From NCBI GenBank assembly GCA_944382715.1, contig CALWNC010000001.1:224104-288103 (forward strand): DNA of 64,000 nucleotides, given 5' to 3'. Below are positions 56,931 to 64,000 of this stretch, in pieces. The DNA comes from an uncultured Clostridia bacterium (GTDB lineage Bacteria > Bacillota > Clostridia > Christensenellales > UBA1242). Every line of letters starts with the position of its first letter. Position 1 is the first letter of the stretch. Under the pieces are notes generated by a model. It ran no database searches, was not told where the DNA came from, and saw nothing but the letters and a program-made list of their open reading frames with translations. The translations under genes and the position numbers were made by a program.

Positions 56931-57003
56931 ATAAAATCCGTAAAAATCTATATTCTTTCCTATATAAAGTACACATAAAGTACTTATAAAGTGCATATAG
57001 AGT
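56931..57003 (-). repeat. iteron array C (inverted): 4-5 x 11-bp phased ATAAAGT
   Basis: Heptamers at 56964, 56975 and 56986 (ATAAAGT), 56997 (ATAGAGT) and 56931 (ATAAAAT). Ends 70 nt upstream of the recombinase start. Confidence 0.8.
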
Positions 57004-57072
57004 CCATTACAATTTTTTAAAATTTAATATAACCTTAAAAAATAGAAAATAAAATAAGGAGATTTAAACAAA

Positions 57073-58578
57073 ATGAAAACAGCTGTTATTTATGCAAGAT
57101 ATTCATGCGATAGGCAAAATGAACAATCTATTGACGGACAACTTCGTGTATGTAAAGATTATGCTGAAAAAAATGGAATATTTATTATTGATGAATATAT
57201 CGACAAAGCTGTAACTGGAACTAATGATGATAGAAAAGCATTTCAAAAAATGTTATCTGATAGCGACAAAAAAGTTTGGGATTATGTTTTAGTTTACAAG
57301 TTAGATAGATTTTCAAGAAATAAATATGAAATGGCAATGCATAGAATGCATTTAAAAGAAAATAATATCACTATTTTATCAGCAATGGAAAATATACCAG
57401 AAGGTCCTGAAGGAATTTTACTTGAAAGTTTACTTGAAGGTATGAACCAATACTACTCTGAAGAATTATCTCAAAAGACAAAGCGTGGTTTAAATGAAAC
57501 AAGACTTAAAGGTAATTTTATCGGTGGAAATGTAAATTATGGCTATGTAAGAGATGGTGCTAAACTTAAAATTAATCCAGATGAAGCTGAAGTTGTTAGA
57601 AAAATTTTTAGTGATTATGCAAATGGTAAAAGAATAACAGAAATCGCTAATGAACTTAATAATTTAGGCATTAAAAATAAAGGAAATAAATTTTTAGTAT
57701 CAACAATAAACCATTTACTTAATCACGAAAAATACACTGGTATATACAGAATTAATGGTGAAGTTTTTGATAAAATCTATCCACAAATTATAGATAAAGA
57801 AGTTTACGAAATAGTATTAAAACGAAAAAATGCTAATAGATATGGAAAACACAAGGACAATGTAAACTACTCTTTAAAAGGTAAAACTTTTTGTGGGTAT
57901 TGTGGAAAACCACTTGTTTCTTATACTGGAACATCTTGTAATGGTGATATTATTCGCTACTATAAATGCAGAAGCATTAAAGAAAAAACTAATTGTAAAA
58001 ATAAAGCAATACAAAAAGAAATTCTTGAAAATATTGTAGATAAGGCAATAAAGAAGACTTTTAATCATAATAACAATCTTAACATTTTAGTTAATAAGAT
58101 TTTAAAAATTAATGAAAAAAGAAATGCTGAAAACACTTCTTTAAATATCTTACAAGCCAACCTAGCAAAAATAAACAAAAGTTTAGCAAATATAATTTCT
58201 GCTATTGAACAAGGCATTACTACTGAATCTACAAAAGCAAGACTTCTTGAACTTGAAAAAGAAAAACGAGAAACAGAAGAAAAATTAATTATAGAACAAT
58301 CTAAACAAGTTACTATTTTAACGAAAGAGCAAATTATAAAATTCTTTAAGTATACATTAAAACAATGTCCACAAAACTTAATAGAATTACTTGTAAATAG
58401 AGTTGATGTATTTAAAGATAAAATTGAAATAACATTTAACTATACAAAGAAAACAGATAATAATTTAGTTAATGAAGAATTTTCATTTTTTAAGGAAAAA
58501 ATAAGCCAAAAAAGGAATTATAGAAACAAAACACAACATACTAAGACAATAATATTTGATATAGTTTTAAAGATATAA
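57073..58578 (+). CDS. large serine recombinase (integrase)
   Basis: 501 aa. N-terminal resolvase domain (AVIYARYSCDRQ...DGQ), recombinase domain, Zn ribbon (CGYCGKPL...YYKC), and C-terminal coiled coil. Confidence 0.85.
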   Translation: MKTAVIYARYSCDRQNEQSIDGQLRVCKDYAEKNGIFIIDEYIDKAVTGTNDDRKAFQKMLSDSDKKVWDYVLVYKLDRFSRNKYEMAMHRMHLKENNITILSAMENIPEGPEGILLESLLEGMNQYYSEELSQKTKRGLNETRLKGNFIGGNVNYGYVRDGAKLKINPDEAEVVRKIFSDYANGKRITEIANELNNLGIKNKGNKFLVSTINHLLNHEKYTGIYRINGEVFDKIYPQIIDKEVYEIVLKRKNANRYGKHKDNVNYSLKGKTFCGYCGKPLVSYTGTSCNGDIIRYYKCRSIKEKTNCKNKAIQKEILENIVDKAIKKTFNHNNNLNILVNKILKINEKRNAENTSLNILQANLAKINKSLANIISAIEQGITTESTKARLLELEKEKRETEEKLIIEQSKQVTILTKEQIIKFFKYTLKQCPQNLIELLVNRVDVFKDKIEITFNYTKKTDNNLVNEEFSFFKEKISQKRNYRNKTQHTKTIIFDIVLKI

Positions 58579-58580
58579 AA

Positions 58581-58626
58581 ACACCCGTAAAATAAGAAAT
58601 TATCTTACTTTATGGGCGTTTTTATT
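58581..58626 (+). terminator. intrinsic terminator after recombinase
   Basis: 17-position stem ACACCCGTAAAATAAGA / TCTTACTTTATGGGCGT (14 Watson-Crick pairs, 1 G-U, 2 mismatches) followed by TTTTT. Confidence 0.6.
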
Positions 58627-58630
58627 TTCT

Positions 58631-58660
58631 TAATAATAATTTGTTCTATTGGGACTACCT
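58631..58660. repeat. right terminal inverted repeat / candidate attR
   Basis: TAATAATAATTTGTTCTATTGGGACTACCT is an imperfect reverse complement of 28444-28473. Confidence 0.55.
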
Positions 58661-58749
58661 AATCCCTCCCTTATCATAATTCGGGCAGAAAATAAAAACA
58701 TTTGCATTCATATATTTTTTATGTTATCATATAATGCAAAGGAGGCAAA

Positions 58750-59307
58750 ATGAAAGTTTTTATATGTGGATCTGTTGACCCTAGAATTAAACCTATGTAC
58801 TTAGAAGGTATTGACAAGATTGCTGATAACCTACTCTCTCACAATGACGGAGTTATGATGGTAGGTTCAAAGACAGGTTCTATTGGCGCAATGTACAATC
58901 GTATGATTGAAGGTGATGGCTTTGTTGATATTATTGTCCCAACTCCTTATGCTCATGAAGCAGAAGGTATGATTGCCAATTCTATTACAAAAGTAGACAC
59001 ACTCTTTATGCTCCAACAAGTTGCACTTAGAAACACTAGTGCTACTATTGTTCTTCCGGGTGGTAATGGTACCTTAGCCGAACTTTATATGATAACTGAT
59101 TCAATAAAAAGTAAATTTGATACAGATGTTGTGATTATTTATAATATAAATGGCTTTTATGACAATATTCGTAAAATGAACGACTTTATGCTTGAAGCTG
59201 GAACGCTAAATGACACTCAATACAAATACTTTACTTGGTGCAATACTTACGAAGAAGTTATTGATGAACTTGATAAAGTGAGAAGAAATTTGCTTAAACA
59301 ACAATAA
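58750..59307 (+). CDS. LOG-family (TIGR00730) Rossmann-fold nucleotide-binding protein
   Basis: PGGNGTLAEL motif. 185 aa. Confidence 0.7.
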   Translation: MKVFICGSVDPRIKPMYLEGIDKIADNLLSHNDGVMMVGSKTGSIGAMYNRMIEGDGFVDIIVPTPYAHEAEGMIANSITKVDTLFMLQQVALRNTSATIVLPGGNGTLAELYMITDSIKSKFDTDVVIIYNINGFYDNIRKMNDFMLEAGTLNDTQYKYFTWCNTYEEVIDELDKVRRNLLKQQ

Positions 59308-59436
59308 TATAAAATTATCTTACTTATATTTCAAGTACTAATTTTATTATTTAGAATTTTTAAAATTACTTTATCAATTAATATTTTTAATTCTAACTAT
59401 ACAATTACATTAAGCAAAAATCTCACAATATAAGTT

Positions 59437-59470
59437 AAAAAGATGAACAATCTATTGTTCATCTTTTTAT
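59437..59470 (+). terminator. intrinsic terminator
   Basis: AAAAGATGAACAA tcta TTGTTCATCTTTT followed by T. Confidence 0.7.
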
Positions 59471-59548
59471 ATTTGATTTTTATTTTTAACTATAATATAA
59501 TTTTATTAATCTATAAATTAAATTTATAAAGAAACAAGGAAAACAAAA

Positions 59549-60472
59549 ATGAAAAATTCACTTATTGTTTATTTACTTCTATCACTTGTTATTACAATTT
59601 CTTGTACAGTTGTATGTTATATTTTTTGGCGACAAATCAAGCCCTTTATTAAAGCATGTCTAATACTTTTAACTTCTTTAATGCTAATAGTAATTGTAAG
59701 CCTATCATTTTACTTATCAAAAATTATATCATTTAAAATAAATCCTGAAAGTACTATTATGGTTTTACATGCCAGTGGATTGGTCAAAAATGAAACGGGA
59801 GAATACTATTATACTAATACAATAAATAATTTTGATGAATGTTATGAAAAAGGTTTTAGATATTTTGAATATGATTTTATTTTATCTAGTGATAAAAAAA
59901 TTATTGGCGCACATGATTATAGATACTTAAATGGATATGATGAAACAAATCCAATAAGTTATGAGGAATATATTAATACAAAAATCTTAGGTAATCTTAC
60001 TGGTGTCACTATTTCAAATTTGGTCGAAAAATTAAAACAATATGAAGATGCTTATATTATTTTTGATAGTAAAACTACATTAGAAAGTGATTATTCCAAC
60101 TTTTTTAAAGAATTTGTTAAAGAACTTACAGAAATAAATGCGTTAGATCTTTTAAATAGGTTTATTCCTCAACTTTATAGCTATGAAATGTATTTATATA
60201 TGTGTGAAAATTTTAATTTTAATTCTTATATTTATACAAATTATATGTCAAATTATTCTGCAAATGAGATTGTAGAATTGTTTTTTGGAAAAGATAAAAT
60301 AAAATTTATTACAATTTGGAGCAGTTATAGTAAAGAGTTTTGTAAAGTTTTAACAGATAATAATTTTAAAGTGCTAATGCATACGGTTAATGATAAAAAT
60401 GAAATGAAAGAATTATCAATTTTTAAAAAAGCTTTTGGATTTTATACTGACAATATATATATTTTTTGTTAA
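59549..60472 (+). CDS. membrane-anchored GDPD-like (glycerophosphodiester phosphodiesterase fold) protein
   Basis: 2 N-terminal TM segments. VLHASG...ECYEKGFRYFEYDF...IIGAHD parallels the HRG...E.D...HD GDPD motifs. Confidence 0.45.
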   Translation: MKNSLIVYLLLSLVITISCTVVCYIFWRQIKPFIKACLILLTSLMLIVIVSLSFYLSKIISFKINPESTIMVLHASGLVKNETGEYYYTNTINNFDECYEKGFRYFEYDFILSSDKKIIGAHDYRYLNGYDETNPISYEEYINTKILGNLTGVTISNLVEKLKQYEDAYIIFDSKTTLESDYSNFFKEFVKELTEINALDLLNRFIPQLYSYEMYLYMCENFNFNSYIYTNYMSNYSANEIVELFFGKDKIKFITIWSSYSKEFCKVLTDNNFKVLMHTVNDKNEMKELSIFKKAFGFYTDNIYIFC

Positions 60473-60523
60473 TTAATTTCAATCTTGCAATTTTTAAAGA
60501 AAAATTTTAATATTTTTACAATA

Positions 60524-61630
60524 TTACAATTTTTCTTTTAATTTTGTTTTTACTTGACCATTATTTACCATTATTGAAAGATATTTTTCTTCGGGTTTAA
60601 ATTTAAAAAGTGTTCCCGTCATCAAAACCTGCAATCCAGATAATTTTTTATACAAACTTTTCTGTCTTGCAGTATCAAGTTCACTAAAAACATCATCAAG
60701 TACTAAAACGGGACTCTCTCCCAGTTCGTTTTTAAACACTTCAAGCTCGGCAAGTTTTATTGCAAGAACTATACTTCTCTGTTGTCCTTGGCTTGCAAAG
60801 ATTTTCGAATCTTTTCCGTTGAGCTCAAACTTTATGTCATCTCTGTGTGGACCAATTGTCGTATAACCCAGTTCCATATCTTTTGCTAGATTGTATTTAA
60901 GTGCACCTAAAATCTCGTTTTTTATTTCTGCGCTAGTTTCTCCCTTAGAACCTACATAAGAAATTTTTATGTCGTCAGCATCTTTTGTTATGTTTCTCAT
61001 AATTTCACTCGCTGGAACAGTAAGTTTTTTTATAAATGATTTTCTCGTTTTTACAATGTAACCTGCAAGAGTTGATAGTTGTTCGTCCCAAATGTCAATT
61101 TGCTCTTCAATAAGTTGTCTGCTGTGAACCATTTTTAAAAGCTTATTTCTTTGCTCTAGCACCTTGTTATATCTTTGAGTTAAGTTGTAGTAATATGAAG
61201 AGAGCTGGGAAATGTCTGTATCCATAAAATCTCTACGCTCGCTTGGACCTTCGCTCACAATTTTTAAGTCATTTGGCGAAAAGTAAACTGCTACCAAATT
61301 TCCAAATATGTCGCTTATCTTTTTAACCTCATTTGAATTTAAGTAAAACTTTTTCTTAGTCAAATCGTCTAAAATACATTTAATGGTAAGCGTTCCAAAA
61401 TTCCTTTGAACACAAATTTCAACTTCAAAGTGCGAAGTATTTTCTTTTTTCATATCGTCATCGCGTGAGGTTCTTGGGCTTTTTGAAAGTGCACAGAGCA
61501 TTACAGCTTCGACTAAATTGGTTTTTCCCTGCCCATTTTTGCCCGAAATCAAATTCATTCCCTCAAAAAAATTTAGCTTACACTCGTCATAATTTCTGAA
61601 ATTTTTAAGTTTTAACCACTTTACCTGCAT
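60524..61630 (-). CDS. recF: DNA replication and repair protein RecF
   Basis: LKLKNFRNY...GKNGQGKTNLVEAV (Walker A), SQGQQRS signature, VLVLDDVFSELD (Walker B). Confidence 0.9.
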   Translation of the reverse strand: MQVKWLKLKNFRNYDECKLNFFEGMNLISGKNGQGKTNLVEAVMLCALSKSPRTSRDDDMKKENTSHFEVEICVQRNFGTLTIKCILDDLTKKKFYLNSNEVKKISDIFGNLVAVYFSPNDLKIVSEGPSERRDFMDTDISQLSSYYYNLTQRYNKVLEQRNKLLKMVHSRQLIEEQIDIWDEQLSTLAGYIVKTRKSFIKKLTVPASEIMRNITKDADDIKISYVGSKGETSAEIKNEILGALKYNLAKDMELGYTTIGPHRDDIKFELNGKDSKIFASQGQQRSIVLAIKLAELEVFKNELGESPVLVLDDVFSELDTARQKSLYKKLSGLQVLMTGTLFKFKPEEKYLSIMVNNGQVKTKLKEKL

Positions 61631-61805
61631 GTGTTTCTCCTTTATTTATTATATCAAAAAATTATCTTTTGTCTAACAAATAATTTTACTTAGACTAAAA
61701 GTTTCAATTTTTAAATTTTTAGGCAAAAAAACTATGGCTTAATTACTTGATTTTTATTGTAATTATTAATATAATTTAAGATATAACATTTTTTGGAGGT
61801 CCATT

Positions 61806-63179
61806 TTGGATAATAGCGTTTTAATCTCAACTACAAATATTGACTTAAATGTTCTTTGGCACGATGCACTAGAAGAAATTTCAAAAAATGTTTCTGCTTT
61901 AACATTTGATGTTTGGATAAAAAGTCTTGAAGTTGTTGACCTTAAGGGCAACACGATAGTACTTGCAACTAGCACAAAAGATACACAGGGACGACTTCTT
62001 AAAAGCTATAAAGATATAATAATTTCAGCCTGCAACAAAATTTACAGTGCAATTACTGGCTTGGAAATTATTGTGAGGTCAAGTGAAGAAATTGAAGAAA
62101 TTGAAAATTCAAGTTCTAAATCCAAAGAAAAAGAAAACACTGAAGAATCAAGCAGTAGTTTTAGATTTGACCCAAAGTACACTTTTGACAACTACATTGT
62201 AGGTAGCAACAATCAGCTTGCTACTTCTGCTGCAAAATCAATCGCAGAGCACCCATCTGGCAAAATTAACCCACTGTTTATCTATGGTGGATCGGGACTG
62301 GGTAAAACTCACCTACTTTTTGCAATAGGCAACTATGTCACAGAGCATCACCCAAAACTAAATGTCGTCTATGTTACAACCTACAAGTTTGTCAACGACT
62401 ACACAAGTGCACTTCAAAATAACAGCGTGTCAAGTTTTAAAGAAACATACAATAATGCCGACATTTTAATAATTGACGATATTCAGGGTATAATTAATAA
62501 GCCAGCAACACAAGAACAATTCTTTAATATCTTTAATGAGCTTTACCAAAATGGCAAACAGATAGTAATCACTTCTGATAAACAGCCAAAAGAATTGAAT
62601 CCCCTTGAAGAAAGGCTTCGTTCTCGATTTGAATGGGGTATGATTGCAGATGTTGGGGTTCCCGACATTGAAACGCGTATTGCCATACTAAACAAAAAGG
62701 CACAACTTGAAAGATTTAATGTTCCAAGAGAAGTAATTGAATACATTGCAGAAATTTCAACTAGTAATGTAAGAGAAATGGAAGGATTTTTGCAAAGAGT
62801 TGTCTTTTACTCAAATCTTAAAAATCAAGGTGTGGTCACAAAAGCTTGTGCAATGGAAGCACTTAAAGATATTGCCGTTGACGATAAAGAAACCATTGAC
62901 GCAACAAAAATTATTGAAATTGTTTGCAAGTTTTACGGAATAAAAAAAGAAGAAATTCTTGCAAAAAAGCGTACCAAAACAATTGCTGAAGCAAGACAAG
63001 TTGCAATGTACTTGATTTCTGAGTATATTAACATTCCACTTGAAGCAATTGGCAATATTTTTGGCAAAGACCACTCTACAGTTATTTATGCCAAAAGCAA
63101 AATTATAGAAGATATGAAGGCTTCAAAAAAACTTGAAGTTCAAATTCAAGATATGAAGCAAATGATTGAAGGAAAATAA
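61806..63179 (+). CDS. dnaA: chromosomal replication initiator DnaA
   Basis: TTG start 6 nt after GGAGG. GGSGLGKTHLL, IIDDIQ, the box VII region, and C-terminal DHSTVIYA DNA-binding signature. Confidence 0.93.
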   Translation: MDNSVLISTTNIDLNVLWHDALEEISKNVSALTFDVWIKSLEVVDLKGNTIVLATSTKDTQGRLLKSYKDIIISACNKIYSAITGLEIIVRSSEEIEEIENSSSKSKEKENTEESSSSFRFDPKYTFDNYIVGSNNQLATSAAKSIAEHPSGKINPLFIYGGSGLGKTHLLFAIGNYVTEHHPKLNVVYVTTYKFVNDYTSALQNNSVSSFKETYNNADILIIDDIQGIINKPATQEQFFNIFNELYQNGKQIVITSDKQPKELNPLEERLRSRFEWGMIADVGVPDIETRIAILNKKAQLERFNVPREVIEYIAEISTSNVREMEGFLQRVVFYSNLKNQGVVTKACAMEALKDIAVDDKETIDATKIIEIVCKFYGIKKEEILAKKRTKTIAEARQVAMYLISEYINIPLEAIGNIFGKDHSTVIYAKSKIIEDMKASKKLEVQIQDMKQMIEGK

Positions 63180-63191
63180 AGGAGAATTATT

Positions 63192-64000
63192 ATGAAACTT
63201 ATATGCGAAGGACTTGATTTAAGTGATGCTGTGCTAAAAGTTATTAGAGCCACAGCAACAAGAACCACAAATCCAATCTTAGAAGGTATCAAACTCAGTG
63301 CCAGTGAAGATTATTTAACATTATCTGCAACTGACCTTGAAATTTCAATTGAGAAAACAATCCCTGCAGATGTAAAAATTTCTGGAGAAGTTGTTGTTCC
63401 GGGCAAATTTTTTGCAGACTTTGTAAAAAAACTTTCAAATGAACAAATTGAACTTTCAACTACCGATCACAATACTTTAAAAATTAAATATACCGACAGT
63501 GAGGGATTTTTACAGGGGCTAAGTGCCGATGAATTCCCTATCATTAAAGACATAAGCTCACCCGAAACAATTACTATCAAAAAGAGTGAACTTAAAAAAG
63601 TTATTGATAAAACCATATTTTCCGTTGCAGTTGACGATGCAAGACCAATTTTAAAAGGTTGTCTTTTTGAAATTGAAAATGGAACGCTTACTTCAGTTGC
63701 TCTTGACGGATACAGGCTTGCCATGTATAAAACTAGTGTTACTTCATCATCTAGCAAACTTAGTTCTATTGTTCCTGCAAGAAGTCTTAGTGAAATTTCT
63801 AAACTTTTAAGCTACGACTCAGAGGACGAAACTATTGACATTTTACTTGGTCAAAATCACCTTATGATTGATGATGGCTCAGTGAAAATTTTGACTAGAC
63901 TACTTGACGGAGAATTTATTAACTACAGACAGGTTATTCCTAGCACGACAACAACCACAATCTTAGTTAACAAATCTCAGCTTGAAGATGGTCTTGAAAG
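63192..64000 (+). CDS. dnaN: DNA polymerase III beta sliding clamp (5' part, runs off window)
   Basis: MKLICEGLDLSDAVLKVIRATATRTTNPILEGIKLSA... ARPILKGCLFE ... LDGYRLA is a typical DnaN. No stop before the window end. Confidence 0.9.
   Translation, partial: MKLICEGLDLSDAVLKVIRATATRTTNPILEGIKLSASEDYLTLSATDLEISIEKTIPADVKISGEVVVPGKFFADFVKKLSNEQIELSTTDHNTLKIKYTDSEGFLQGLSADEFPIIKDISSPETITIKKSELKKVIDKTIFSVAVDDARPILKGCLFEIENGTLTSVALDGYRLAMYKTSVTSSSSKLSSIVPARSLSEISKLLSYDSEDETIDILLGQNHLMIDDGSVKILTRLLDGEFINYRQVIPSTTTTTILVNKSQLEDGLE

Larger units (their letters stand above)
28444..58660. mobile_element. ~30.2-kb integrated element (serine-recombinase island with filamentous-phage-like, Rhs-toxin and anti-restriction modules)
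   Basis: Bounded by 30-bp imperfect inverted repeats. A large serine recombinase sits at the right end. Content is phage/plasmid-like and flanked by core genes. Confidence 0.7.

Noticed and set aside
28444-58660. Complete tailed (Caudoviricetes) prophage
   Set aside because: No terminase, portal, major capsid, tape-measure, baseplate or endolysin candidates are present. Only one tail-fibre-like gene is present.
61631-61805. oriC with DnaA boxes in the recF-dnaA spacer
   Set aside because: No TTATCCACA or one-mismatch variants were found by eye. The closest match (CTATCCACA at 57778) lies inside the recombinase gene. Reported only as an oddity.

Overview
This is a very AT-rich (roughly 28-30% GC by eye) chromosomal window from a low-GC Bacillota/Mycoplasmatota-like bacterium. 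It uses the standard genetic code (TGA terminates genes). Positions 1-28.4 kb and 58.7-64 kb are ordinary core genome. They encode an HD/dGTPase-like giant protein, NMN adenylyltransferase-like protein, YnbB-family PLP enzyme, two paralogous lipoproteins, tyrS, VanZ-like protein, a CorC/CNNM transporter and a TrmH-family methyltransferase. They also encode tkt, a Listeria-Bacteroides-repeat surface protein, Hsp20, an ArsP_2-like permease, PnuC, nrdDG with NrdR boxes, a Wzy-like protein, a radical-SAM activase, LOG, a GDPD-like protein, recF, dnaA and the dnaN 5' end. Positions ~28,444-58,660 are a ~30.2-kb integrated element. It is bounded by 30-bp imperfect inverted repeats, with a large serine recombinase at its right end. 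The element has four modules. (i) A plus-strand block of small acidic genes (ArdA, PcfK-like, PcfJ-like) sits behind a 256-bp multi-block inverted repeat. (ii) A holin-like protein is followed by a 1708-aa Rhs/YD toxin, its immunity gene, an orphan CT/immunity cassette and a lone tail-fibre gene. Two of these transcription units are preceded by an identical 33-bp motif. (iii) An XRE / sigma / anti-sigma / secreted cysteine-peptidase module. (iv) A minus-strand filamentous-phage-like module with a LexA-like repressor, Com-like Zn-ribbon protein, sigma-like activator, membrane-anchored proteins, a 53-aa coat-like protein, a Zot/pI-like ATPase and an HUH Rep interrupted by an in-frame TGA. This module also has GC-rich hairpins and 11-bp-phased ACTTTAT arrays. 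In the core genome, tyrS is preceded by a Tyr-rich leader peptide and a trp-style four-segment attenuator rather than a T-box. All functional calls rest on motif recognition by eye; no database searches were run.
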